A model generated the notes under the pieces. That model saw nothing but the letters and a program-made list of their open reading frames with translations. It did no database searches and had not been told where the DNA came from. The position numbers were made by a program, and so were the translations under genes. This document shows positions 9,548 through 18,610 of a stretch of 64,000 nt of DNA, piece after piece; positions within the stretch are counted from its first letter, which is position 1; each line of letters opens with the position of its first letter. The stretch comes from an uncultured Desulfosarcina sp. (GTDB taxonomy: Bacteria > Desulfobacterota > Desulfobacteria > Desulfobacterales > Desulfosarcinaceae): positions 128,001 through 192,000 of the forward strand of contig CAXXWQ010000004.1 in assembly GCA_963674945.2 (NCBI GenBank), read 5' to 3'.

Positions 9548-10432
9548 ATGACAGAAAAAGACGATACCACCCGTTTCACCCTTCACAGCAGTGAAGATGA
9601 ACCCGAATCCCTGTACATGGCCGAGGCGGAAAACCTGCGAATCGAAAAATTGAGCACGCGGGTTACGCTGGTGGCCGTCCTCATTCCCTGCCTTTTGGCA
9701 ATCGTATTGGCCATCGCCTACCTTGATATCAAAAAGCGTGTGGTCCGAACGCAAACCACCGGTTCCATGGGTGTCCAAAATCTCTCCAAAGATCTGGAAT
9801 CACGATTTTCGACCCTCTCTTTGAAGCAGGCCAAATTGGAGGAGCAACTCGCGGACCAGGCCAATAAGTTGGACAATGCAACCGCCGCCATCCAAGTCAA
9901 ATTGAAAAAAGCCGCCGATTCTCTTCAAAAGACGATGGACGAAAAAATGGATAACGCCGCCCTGACGACCTTATCCCGGGAAACCGAGTCATCCATTGCC
10001 GCACTCAAGAAAGAGATGGGTGCCTTGCACCAGGAGGTGAAGGCGCTGGCCGATGCATTCAACAAATTTGACGACGAGCTTGCCGGCCAGATTCTCCTGA
10101 TGGCGGAAGGAATAAAGAAAGACCAGGGTCGTCTTGCAAGCATCGAGAAAAGGACCCAGCAACTGGAATCGGAAAAGCTCAGCAAGGAGGCCATGAATCT
10201 GGCCATCGGGCTGGAAAGGCTCGCCCTTCAGGAGATGATCAATGAACGGATCGGTTCGGTGGAAAAGAAGGTAGCGGCCCTAGGGAAGAAAGTGGAGAAG
10301 ATCGACAGAAATCTCAGCGAAGGGACAAGTTCGGCACCGCCGCCGCAACCCGCCGCCCCGAAGCCCGCCGACGTCACGCAGCCCGCCGCTCCGAGCGAAT
10401 CGGGGGGGATCGTCGAGCAGACGATAAATTAG
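9548..10432 (+). CDS. Hypothetical membrane-anchored coiled-coil protein
   Basis: One TM (VTLVAVLIPCLLAIVLAIAYL), long heptad-rich region and a Pro-rich tail; ATG 8 nt after the guaA stop. Confidence 0.7.
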   Translation: MTEKDDTTRFTLHSSEDEPESLYMAEAENLRIEKLSTRVTLVAVLIPCLLAIVLAIAYLDIKKRVVRTQTTGSMGVQNLSKDLESRFSTLSLKQAKLEEQLADQANKLDNATAAIQVKLKKAADSLQKTMDEKMDNAALTTLSRETESSIAALKKEMGALHQEVKALADAFNKFDDELAGQILLMAEGIKKDQGRLASIEKRTQQLESEKLSKEAMNLAIGLERLALQEMINERIGSVEKKVAALGKKVEKIDRNLSEGTSSAPPPQPAAPKPADVTQPAAPSESGGIVEQTIN

Positions 10433-11175
10433 CGAATCCCCTGCTTTCTTATTTTCTCTTCGATCCGCTGGATATCCACGGGAAGGTCCACCTCGGGGGA
10501 ATCGTAGGGCGTGACCACGACCCGGATACGATAGCCATGTTCCAGGGCCCGAAGCTGTTCCAGCTTCTCGATCTCCTCCAACCGTCCCGGTGGAAGGGAG
10601 CGAAAGCGGCCCAGAAAGTCCATGGTATACGCATATACCCCCAGATGCTTATAAACGTCGTATCCCTGCTGTGTGTCGCGGCCATGGGGGATCGTCGCGC
10701 GTGAGAAGTACAGCGCATCGCCGTTTTTGTCGAAGGTTACCTTCACATCTTTGGGATCGGTCCTTTCCCGTTCATCGACGACCGAATAGGCCAAGGTACT
10801 CATTTTTACCGTCGGATCCTCTTGAAACGGCCGAACCACGGCATCGAAACTGCGTGGATCGACCAGTGGCTGGTCCCCCTGGATGTTGATCACCACGTCT
10901 TTTGACGCCAGGCCGAGTTTCTCGGCGGCTTCGGCCACACGGTCGGTTCCGGAACGACAGTCCAAACTGGTCATGATGACCTTTCCCCCAAAACCGACGA
11001 CGGATTGACGAATCCTCGCATCATCTGTGGCCACGTAAACGGAATCAACGCAACTTGCCTGCGTGGCACGTTGAAAGACCCACTGAATCATTGGTATACC
11101 GCAAATTGCGGCCAATGGTTTGCCGTCGAACCGGCTTGACCCATAGCGCGATGGAATGATCACAACGACCGGCAT
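10429..11175 (-). CDS. kdsB: 3-deoxy-manno-octulosonate cytidylyltransferase
   Basis: IPSRYGSSRFDGKPL, SGTDR, INIQGDQP, ALYFSRA, HLGVYAY, EKLEQLRALE. Confidence 0.96.
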   Translation of the reverse strand: MPVVVIIPSRYGSSRFDGKPLAAICGIPMIQWVFQRATQASCVDSVYVATDDARIRQSVVGFGGKVIMTSLDCRSGTDRVAEAAEKLGLASKDVVINIQGDQPLVDPRSFDAVVRPFQEDPTVKMSTLAYSVVDERERTDPKDVKVTFDKNGDALYFSRATIPHGRDTQQGYDVYKHLGVYAYTMDFLGRFRSLPPGRLEEIEKLEQLRALEHGYRIRVVVTPYDSPEVDLPVDIQRIEEKIRKQGIR

Positions 11176-11213
11176 TTGAATATCCTCATCGATTTAATTT
11201 TGTCACGATACGG

Positions 11214-11546
11214 CTATTTTCTCCATCCACCGATCAGATGAAGATGCAGGTGAAATATGACCTGCCCCCCGCCTCTCTCCACGTTGAACAATAGTTTATA
11301 GCCGGATTCATTCACATTTTCCTGCTTTGCCATGTTTTTGGCCGTCTGGATCATCTCCGCCAAAATGGCGTCGTCGTGGTCCGTCAGATCGTTGATGCTG
11401 CGAATGTGACGCCTGGGGACGATTAGAAGATGCACGGGCGCATGGGGATTGATATCCCGAAAGACCACCAAGTTATCGTTTTCGTATAAAAACGCGGTCT
11501 CCGTCCAGCCTTGCGCAATCTTGCAGAAAAGGCAATCGGTTTCCAT
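11214..11546 (-). CDS. Histidine triad (HINT) nucleotide-binding protein
   Basis: DCLFCKI, FRDINPHAPVHLLIVP and GQVIFHLHLHLIGG. True start is ATG 11546 with an AGGAG RBS. Confidence 0.93.
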   Translation of the reverse strand: METDCLFCKIAQGWTETAFLYENDNLVVFRDINPHAPVHLLIVPRRHIRSINDLTDHDDAILAEMIQTAKNMAKQENVNESGYKLLFNVERGGGQVIFHLHLHLIGGWRK

Positions 11547-11720
11547 TGGCACCAGCTCCTGTGGGATGTCGGGTAATGGGTGTATTCGGATACGGGACTC
11601 CTGCTTCCTAACGGTACGATGAATTCTTGTCAAGCCGGCATTCCCATGGATGCCCCTGATGATTCGCCCCCCGCGCCCATTTCCAGTCACAATTCCGATA
11701 ACTTCCTTAAAATTCACCGT

Positions 11721-11747
11721 TTAAGTTTGAAATTCGGTTGCCGATAA
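11721..11747 (+). promoter_or_regulatory. Sigma28 (FliA) promoter of the REC/HD-GYP-motA-motB operon
   Basis: TTAAGTTT-N11-GCCGATAA versus the consensus TAAAGTTT-N11-GCCGATAA. Confidence 0.85.
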
Positions 11748-11853
11748 AAGCTAGCAAAGGGAGACCCGGTTTTTGGCGGACCGGTTCGACCATATACGAA
11801 AGACGGATTCATTGTAAAGCCATGCGTTACCCGGCGCATGGGGCAAGGCGACC

Positions 11854-13026
11854 ATGAATATCTTGATTGCAGACGACGACCCGGTCACGTTAAAGCTCTT
11901 GATGTCAAAAATAGCCGAGTGGGGTCATACGGTTCATCCGGCGGCCGATGGAAATGTAGCCTGGGACACCATCTTGCAGACCCCCATCGACATCGTCATC
12001 AGCGACTGGCTCATGCCCGGACTGGATGGATTACAGTTGAGCCACCTCATTCGGGAGCGTCAGGATCACCCCTATATCTATGTCATCGTAATCAGTGTAC
12101 AGAATTCAAAATCGGACATTATCCAAGGCCTGGAAAGCGGTGTCGACGACTACATCACCAAACCCATCGATATGGAGGCACTTCACGCCAGGATCAATAT
12201 CGGTGTCCGTATCGTGGAACTGGAACGGGCCCTCAACCGAAAAATCGAAATCATCACCGCCAATCATCATCAGACCATCCGCATGTTCTCCCAAATCATC
12301 GAAAGTTTCGATGAAGACTTGGGGGGCCATTGTCGCCGGACGGCAAAATTGGCGGTTTCCCTTGCAAAACGACATCCCGGTGTCGGTGAAGATGAGATTT
12401 CCGTCATCGAAACGGCAGCCCTTCTCCATGATGTCGGCATGGTGGGGATTCCCAAAACGATCTTGAACAAGCGGCGCACCGAGAGGATCAACTATGAAAA
12501 TCAATTATACCAATCCCATGCAGACATCGGTGCGAAAATCATCGGTGAAATCGAAATCATGCGACCTGCCGCTCGCCTGGTTCGCATGCACCACGAGCAA
12601 TTCAACGGGAAAGGATTTCCCGATGGCGTACAAGGGGACCAGATTCCCATCGGTGCCCAGTTGATCTCGGCCGCCTCCATCTACGACAACATGCATGTCA
12701 AAGGCAAAATCCCTTTCGAACGCATTACGGAAGAGCTCCAGCGGATCCGTGGATACCAATTGTCTCCGGCCGTTGTCGCCTTGCTCATCGAGCTCAATGT
12801 TCAACAGCAACAAGCCGCCAAGGAGAGGACGTCGGAACGGCTTTTTCTGGACAAGCTAATGGCCGGGATGGTGCTGGCCGATAATGTCTACATGAAAACC
12901 GGCGCATTCGTCATGGCCGGCGACACCATCTTGGACGACTATAAGATTGAGAAACTCAAACATTACCAAAACATCGGCGCCATCGACGAAAAGGTGCTCA
13001 TTCAAAAAAAACCCGCGAGGCGCTAA
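11854..13026 (+). CDS. Response regulator: REC plus HD-GYP-like domain
   Basis: ILIADDD...ISDWLMPGLDG...YITKP receiver; LHDVG, HHEQFNGKGFPDG and IPIGA HD-GYP motifs, partly degenerate. Confidence 0.88.
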   Translation: MNILIADDDPVTLKLLMSKIAEWGHTVHPAADGNVAWDTILQTPIDIVISDWLMPGLDGLQLSHLIRERQDHPYIYVIVISVQNSKSDIIQGLESGVDDYITKPIDMEALHARINIGVRIVELERALNRKIEIITANHHQTIRMFSQIIESFDEDLGGHCRRTAKLAVSLAKRHPGVGEDEISVIETAALLHDVGMVGIPKTILNKRRTERINYENQLYQSHADIGAKIIGEIEIMRPAARLVRMHHEQFNGKGFPDGVQGDQIPIGAQLISAASIYDNMHVKGKIPFERITEELQRIRGYQLSPAVVALLIELNVQQQQAAKERTSERLFLDKLMAGMVLADNVYMKTGAFVMAGDTILDDYKIEKLKHYQNIGAIDEKVLIQKKPARR

Positions 13027-13809
13027 ATGGATCTTGCAACCATAATCGGTCTTGTCAGCGGCAGCGTATTGATTCTGGTCTCCATCGTCGTTGGTGGAAG
13101 TGCCCTTATCTTTCTTAACATTCCCGGATTGTTAATCGTCGTCGGCGGTACCGTTGCCACCACCTTCATCAAATTCACCATGGCAGACGTCATCGGTTCG
13201 ATCAAAGTCGCCATGAAGGCCTTCATCGTAAAAATGGAGGATCCGGAAAACATCATCACGGAAATGGTCGAATTTACCCGTATCGCAAAAAAGGAAGGAC
13301 TCATCGCACTGGAAAAGGAGACCCCCTCTGATCCGTTTTCTGTAAAAGCACTGCGATACCTTTCCGACGGCTACGATGAGGGCCTTATTTCCGATATGCT
13401 CAGCAAGGATATCCGACTCATGGGACAGCGCCATGCCACCGGCCAGAATGTTTTCAAAGGCATGGGGGACAGTGCGCCGGCCTTTGGCATGGTGGGAACC
13501 CTCATCGGCCTCGTTCAGATGTTGGCCTCCATGTCCGATCCGGCCAGCATCGGACCGGCTATGGCCGTCGCCCTTCTCACCACCTTGTACGGTGCCGTTC
13601 TCGCCAACCTCGTCGCATTGCCCATTGCAGACAAACTGGCACTGCGCAGCGATCAGGAGAGACTGAACAAAAGCATTATCATGGAGGCCGCCATCGCCAT
13701 CAACCGGGGCGTCTCCCCCATGGTACTGGAAGAGTCACTCAAAATTTTTCTCTCACCCCAGGAGCGAAACCAGATCGAGGCCGAAGGCGAAGCCGGAGAG
13801 GCCGGATGA
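13027..13809 (+). CDS. motA: Flagellar stator A subunit (PomA/MotA)
   Basis: MDLATIIG, IVVGGT, APAFGMVGTLIGLV, AVALLTTLYG. Confidence 0.95.
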   Translation: MDLATIIGLVSGSVLILVSIVVGGSALIFLNIPGLLIVVGGTVATTFIKFTMADVIGSIKVAMKAFIVKMEDPENIITEMVEFTRIAKKEGLIALEKETPSDPFSVKALRYLSDGYDEGLISDMLSKDIRLMGQRHATGQNVFKGMGDSAPAFGMVGTLIGLVQMLASMSDPASIGPAMAVALLTTLYGAVLANLVALPIADKLALRSDQERLNKSIIMEAAIAINRGVSPMVLEESLKIFLSPQERNQIEAEGEAGEAG

Positions 13810-13820
13810 CAAGGTGAACC

Positions 13821-14627
13821 ATGAGTAACGAACACCAAGAATGCCCACCGTGCGATAAGGGCGCGCCGAGGTGGATGACAACATTCGGCGACCTGATGAG
13901 CCTGCTCCTCTGTTTTTTCGTGCTCCTGCTTTCTTTTTCTGAAATGGACCGACAAAAGTACAAGGTTGTCGCCGGCTCCATGGAGAAGGCCTTTGGCATG
14001 CAGCGCAAGAAAAACTTCGACGAGTCTCCCCGTCTGGGATTGAAAATTATCGCCCGGGACTTCGACCAGGAGGCCATCGCCACACGATTAAAACAATTCA
14101 TCGGGGAGCAGCTGAAGGAAAATTTCGGTGAACTCTACGAAGAGTTGGCGGAAGAGATCGAGATCGAGGCCGGGCAGGAAGAAGTGGTCATTCGACTCAT
14201 GGGAGAAAGTACGTTCGATTCGGGAAAGGCGGATATCAAGCCGGAATTGAAGCCGATGATCCGTACCATGGGAAAGATCCTTATCGAAATGGCCAAAGGT
14301 GACGTTGTCATTGCAGGGCATACCGACAACGTACCGGTCCGCCGCAACGGCCATTTCAAATCCAACCTCGCCCTATCCATGGCAAGGGCTGCGGCGGTAG
14401 CGGATTTCCTGCTCACACAGACCTCTTTGGATCCCAAGCGTGTCTCTACCATGGGATTCGGCGAGTACAGACCCATTGCCGACAATGCAACAGAAGCGGG
14501 CAGACGTAAAAACCGGCGCGTGGAGATCATCGTCGGCACCATTCCCCGACCCCAACCCAGCGAACTGTCAAATTTGAGGAATGAGGCGTATTTACGATAC
14601 TCCGTAGTGACGAAGGATGAAGCGTAA
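13821..14627 (+). CDS. motB: Flagellar stator B subunit (PomB/MotB)
   Basis: WMTTFGDLMSLLLCFFVLLLSFSEMD TM with the conserved Asp; OmpA-like domain GHTDN...NRRVEI. Confidence 0.95.
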   Translation: MSNEHQECPPCDKGAPRWMTTFGDLMSLLLCFFVLLLSFSEMDRQKYKVVAGSMEKAFGMQRKKNFDESPRLGLKIIARDFDQEAIATRLKQFIGEQLKENFGELYEELAEEIEIEAGQEEVVIRLMGESTFDSGKADIKPELKPMIRTMGKILIEMAKGDVVIAGHTDNVPVRRNGHFKSNLALSMARAAAVADFLLTQTSLDPKRVSTMGFGEYRPIADNATEAGRRKNRRVEIIVGTIPRPQPSELSNLRNEAYLRYSVVTKDEA

Positions 14628-15315
14628 CGCCGATATCGGACTTTTTACGAATCCGTCACTATTGGAGGCGCGCCAAACCTATCTTTTCACGATCTTTCAT
14701 CAACTCTTGACCCTGGCATGCGATCCATTCTATAATTTTTGGATACAATAATTTAGTTTCCCTTCCTTTTCCGAGTTCATCATGATTCCTGTGAAATCCC
14801 GGAATTTCGATAGTTGACCGGGTATTACCAAGATGCCACATTATGAACAAATATTCATAAAATATAAGAAAAGTATGTAACAATTCATTGCCACAATGGG
14901 AATTCGTGACTTTTCCGCCTTTGTTTTAAAAAAATTATAGAAATAGAAAAAATTTGTTAGCGTATTGTTAGACCGGCAACAACGATTAAACGAAGTGTTG
15001 CGATCGTTGTAAGATCGATCGTGACAGGCTTGTTGGTATTTTTTTTGCGTATTCATCAATTTTTTTAATTGAACCATCCAACCACACAACTTGTGAAAGA
15101 AAACCCGAGCAATGAGAACCGGCGTGGTAAAATGTCACCTCTGACAGGCTCGAAAGGAGTTAGATTCTGCCGTTTTGGCGACTGCAACAGGTTGAAACCG
15201 GTATACGGCAAATGGAGCACCGTATTATCATCCCACGCTGCTCGATGATACGGTTGGCTCACCATATAAAGATGAACCAGAATATTAACAAATAACGAAG
15301 AATGGGGCCGGGAAG

Positions 15316-18300
15316 ATGAATCAACTGTTTAAAGTCAAAACCTTTGCAATCGTAGGAGCTTTTCTTTTCACGATCTTCGTCGTCTGGTGCCCGCAGTCAA
15401 TGGCAACCGAGGCGGCATCAGAAGACATACAGCATCTGGCCATGGGGACCGTCGGCGATACGCCGCAGGATGTTTCAAAAGCACCGCAGGAAAATGCGCA
15501 AACCTTGATGATTCATTTGGGCACTGCGCATTTTGACCCGCTTGACCAGCAACCGGCACAAATATCCGGCCTGTCCACGATACAGACCTATACGGAGGAG
15601 ACCGCCGGTTACTACATTGTCCAATTCGACGGTCCGATCCAACCCGATTGGAAAACAACCTTGAAACAAGCCGGTGTGGAAATTTTTGACTATGTGCCGG
15701 AATATGCATTTATCGTTCGTATGCCTTCCGCAACGGCGACCAGCGTACGCGCAATGGCGCATGTGCGCTGGGTTGGGATCTTCCAGCCGCTTTACCGGGT
15801 CAGTCAAAGCGCCGTGGATATGATGTATGCCACGACCAGTGAAGAAGCGGCGGAACCCGTCACCCTGCGGGTCAACATTTTTCCGGGGGAAAGCCCGGAG
15901 CAGATGGAAAGCCTCATCCAATCTTTGGGCGGCATCGTCGAAGAAAAAAGCAGCACAGAACTGAAGACCACCTTCAAAATTAAAATTCCGGCCGATAAGA
16001 TCAAAGAATTGGCCGAGATCAACGGCATTAAATGGGTAGAACCGGTACCCCAATGGAAGCTTTTTAACAACAATTCGACAGACGTCATGAATGTGCGTGC
16101 ACCACGCAATACAAAAGGGCTCTATGGCAGTGGTCAGACTGTGGGAATAGCGGACACCGGCCTGGACCAGGGCTCCGTGAATCCGAACATGTTGCACGAT
16201 GACTTTGAAAACGGTTCGGGGGCCACACGGGTCCTCGCCATTATCGACACCGCCGGTGACGGCGATACCTCAGACACAAATGGCCATGGGACCCATGTGG
16301 CCGGATCGGTTTTGGGCAATGGCCGGATGTCGGGCAGCGATCCGGTCAGCAGCAACTTTCCGGACACTTGCTTCGCCGGTATCGCACCCAAGGCCAATCT
16401 TGTGTTTCAGGCGAGTTGGGATACAAGCGTCGATCCACCTGCCCTGAACAATCCAACGGATTTAAACAATCTTTTTCGTGTCGCCCGTTCGGCCGGAGCC
16501 GATTTGCACACAAACAGCTGGGGTGCCAGCTTGGCCGGCCAATATACCTCCACTTCTCAAGATGTGGATGAATATATGTGGAACAACAAATCGTTTTTCA
16601 TCCAGTTTTCCGCAGGCAATTCAGGGGTTGACATGGACGCCGATGGGGTCATCGATCTGTACAGTATCGGCTCACCGGCCACCGCAAAGAACTGCCTCAC
16701 CGTCGGGGCCAGTGAAGGCGACCGTCCCAGTGGCGCAGGATACGACATGGCATGGGGGACGTTTCACCCCTATAACTTTTCTGCCGCACCCATTGCCAGT
16801 GACCATGTATCCGACAATGATCGCGGCATTGCCGCCTTCAGTTCTCGCGGTCCTACTTTAGACGGTCGCCATAAACCCGATATCGTTGCCCCCGGAACCA
16901 ACATTCTTTCCACCCGTTCTTCTGTGGGTGGTAATATATGGGGAGCCTATCCTGCGAATTCAAATTATATTTGGGCTGGTGGCACGAGTATGGCCACGCC
17001 CCTGACGGCCGGTGCAGCCGCTCTGATGCGTGAATACCTGGTCAGCAAAAAGGGGTTCTCCCCTCCTTCGGCGGCATTGATCAAAGCGGCGCTGATCAAC
17101 AGCGCCGAAGATATCACCCCGGGTCAATACGGTTTCGGTTCAGACCAGGAGATCCCCGATTCACCTGTGCCGAACAATGTGGAGGGCTGGGGCCGGCTGA
17201 ACCTTGGTGATGGCGTCTTTCCGGAAACACCGGCCAATATCTTGTATTACGACCATACCGCAGGGCTCGATACCGGTGAGTACAACGAATACACCATCAA
17301 TGTGACCGATACCGGCGCACCCTTGAAGATCAATCTGGTATGGACCGACTATCCGGGCACACCGGCGGCACAGGGTGGATTGGTAAACGACCTCGATCTG
17401 AAGGTAATGGATACGAATGATGTGGCACACTACCCAAACCATGCCTCAAAAAAATCTTCGCTCAGCACGATGAACTACAATTCTGGTGTCAATCTCTCGG
17501 CGTCTACCAATAATAAAAGGGCAATACGGTTTACGCCAGCAGCATATCCGGCCTTTGTCGAATCAACCACATTTAATTTTATAAATAATGCCCCGGTCGG
17601 CACAAACGTGGACGTGGTTGTATATGATGACGATGACACAAACGGACTTCCCGGAACCGAGCTTTTCAGAAAAACCCTCGCCTATGTCCCGACAGGCTAT
17701 GTGAGCGTTGGTATCCAAGGCGTGGTTATCAATAATGGTGATTTCTACATCGCCATTGAAAAATCCAGTTCAATTCAGGCCATCGTCATTGATAACGACG
17801 GCAATCCAACGAACAGAAGTTACTGGCACAATGGATTGGAATGGGGCTTATCAAGCTATACCGCCTACATAAGAGCCAATATCAGGACAGCAGCGTATTC
17901 CACCAGCTTTGACCGCGTCAACAACACCCTGGGCATTACTTTCGATTCGCCGGTTGTGGGCAACTACACCATCCGGGTAGCCGGTTTTAACGTACCCCAA
18001 GGCCCTCAACCCTATGCACTGGTGGCCAGCGGTCACATCCAGGCAACCCAGGCCGGCGTGCTGCAGTTTGAGTCCGGCAATTTCAGCGTCGGTGAAAACG
18101 ACGGCGCGGCGACCATCACTGTGGTCCGCACCGGCGGTACCGAAGGAAATGTCAGCCTAAATTATGCGACCAGTAACGGTACGGCTACTGCAGGCAGCGA
18201 CTATACGACGGCCAGTGGAACGTTGAACTGGAGCAGTGGTGATGACAGCAAAAAACGTTTCACTATCCCGATCTCCGATGACAATACCATTGAATCGAGC

Positions 18301-18468
18301 GAAACGATCATATTGACGCTGAGCAATCCTAGCGGTGGCGCCGCCTTGGGTAGCAACGATACCGCGATTTTAACCATCAACGATAATGATAGCGCGAAAG
18401 AAGTTCCAGTTGAACCAGGTGGTGGTGGCGGTGGCGGCGGGTGTTTTGTCGACATGCTGCTTTACTAA
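15316..18468 (+). CDS. Secreted S8 (subtilisin, KP-43-like) serine protease with a Calx-beta domain and Gly-rich Cys C-terminal tail
   Basis: Signal peptide; catalytic triad IADTG / HGTHVAGS / GGTSMATP and oxyanion SAGN; Calx-beta (ENDGAATITVVRTGG...GTATAGSDY); ends GGGGGGGGCFVDMLLY. Confidence 0.92.
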   Translation: MNQLFKVKTFAIVGAFLFTIFVVWCPQSMATEAASEDIQHLAMGTVGDTPQDVSKAPQENAQTLMIHLGTAHFDPLDQQPAQISGLSTIQTYTEETAGYYIVQFDGPIQPDWKTTLKQAGVEIFDYVPEYAFIVRMPSATATSVRAMAHVRWVGIFQPLYRVSQSAVDMMYATTSEEAAEPVTLRVNIFPGESPEQMESLIQSLGGIVEEKSSTELKTTFKIKIPADKIKELAEINGIKWVEPVPQWKLFNNNSTDVMNVRAPRNTKGLYGSGQTVGIADTGLDQGSVNPNMLHDDFENGSGATRVLAIIDTAGDGDTSDTNGHGTHVAGSVLGNGRMSGSDPVSSNFPDTCFAGIAPKANLVFQASWDTSVDPPALNNPTDLNNLFRVARSAGADLHTNSWGASLAGQYTSTSQDVDEYMWNNKSFFIQFSAGNSGVDMDADGVIDLYSIGSPATAKNCLTVGASEGDRPSGAGYDMAWGTFHPYNFSAAPIASDHVSDNDRGIAAFSSRGPTLDGRHKPDIVAPGTNILSTRSSVGGNIWGAYPANSNYIWAGGTSMATPLTAGAAALMREYLVSKKGFSPPSAALIKAALINSAEDITPGQYGFGSDQEIPDSPVPNNVEGWGRLNLGDGVFPETPANILYYDHTAGLDTGEYNEYTINVTDTGAPLKINLVWTDYPGTPAAQGGLVNDLDLKVMDTNDVAHYPNHASKKSSLSTMNYNSGVNLSASTNNKRAIRFTPAAYPAFVESTTFNFINNAPVGTNVDVVVYDDDDTNGLPGTELFRKTLAYVPTGYVSVGIQGVVINNGDFYIAIEKSSSIQAIVIDNDGNPTNRSYWHNGLEWGLSSYTAYIRANIRTAAYSTSFDRVNNTLGITFDSPVVGNYTIRVAGFNVPQGPQPYALVASGHIQATQAGVLQFESGNFSVGENDGAATITVVRTGGTEGNVSLNYATSNGTATAGSDYTTASGTLNWSSGDDSKKRFTIPISDDNTIESSETIILTLSNPSGGAALGSNDTAILTINDNDSAKEVPVEPGGGGGGGGCFVDMLLY

Positions 18469-18545
18469 GACCCAAACGGAGCGATTTATGGGGAGAAGGG
18501 GGTACCCTAACAGCTACCCCCCCCAAGCAGCCTGGCATATGGATC

Positions 18546-18561
18546 ATCCACCATGGTGGAT
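18546..18561. terminator. Perfect 16-bp palindrome between the convergent protease genes (possible bidirectional terminator)
   Basis: ATCCACCATGGTGGAT; no adjacent U-tract, so the function is uncertain. Confidence 0.35.
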
Positions 18562-18610
18562 AATCACTGCCGCTTCGATCAAACAAAAGAAATGTTTTTT
18601 CCTTCGGCTA

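Noticed and set aside
11547..11717. N-terminal extension of the HIT ORF in the ORF track
   Set aside because: The HINT domain starts at METDCLFC with its own RBS; the extension runs through the divergent intergenic region.
15090..15260. Possible c-di-GMP-I (GEMM) riboswitch upstream of the S8 protease
   Set aside because: A GAAA-loop-like and a GGCAAA element are present but not in the required order, and the second-stem consensus is missing.
18418..18441. GGT/GGC trinucleotide run as a microsatellite
   Set aside because: Mixed codons encode the poly-Gly linker; this is a protein-level feature.
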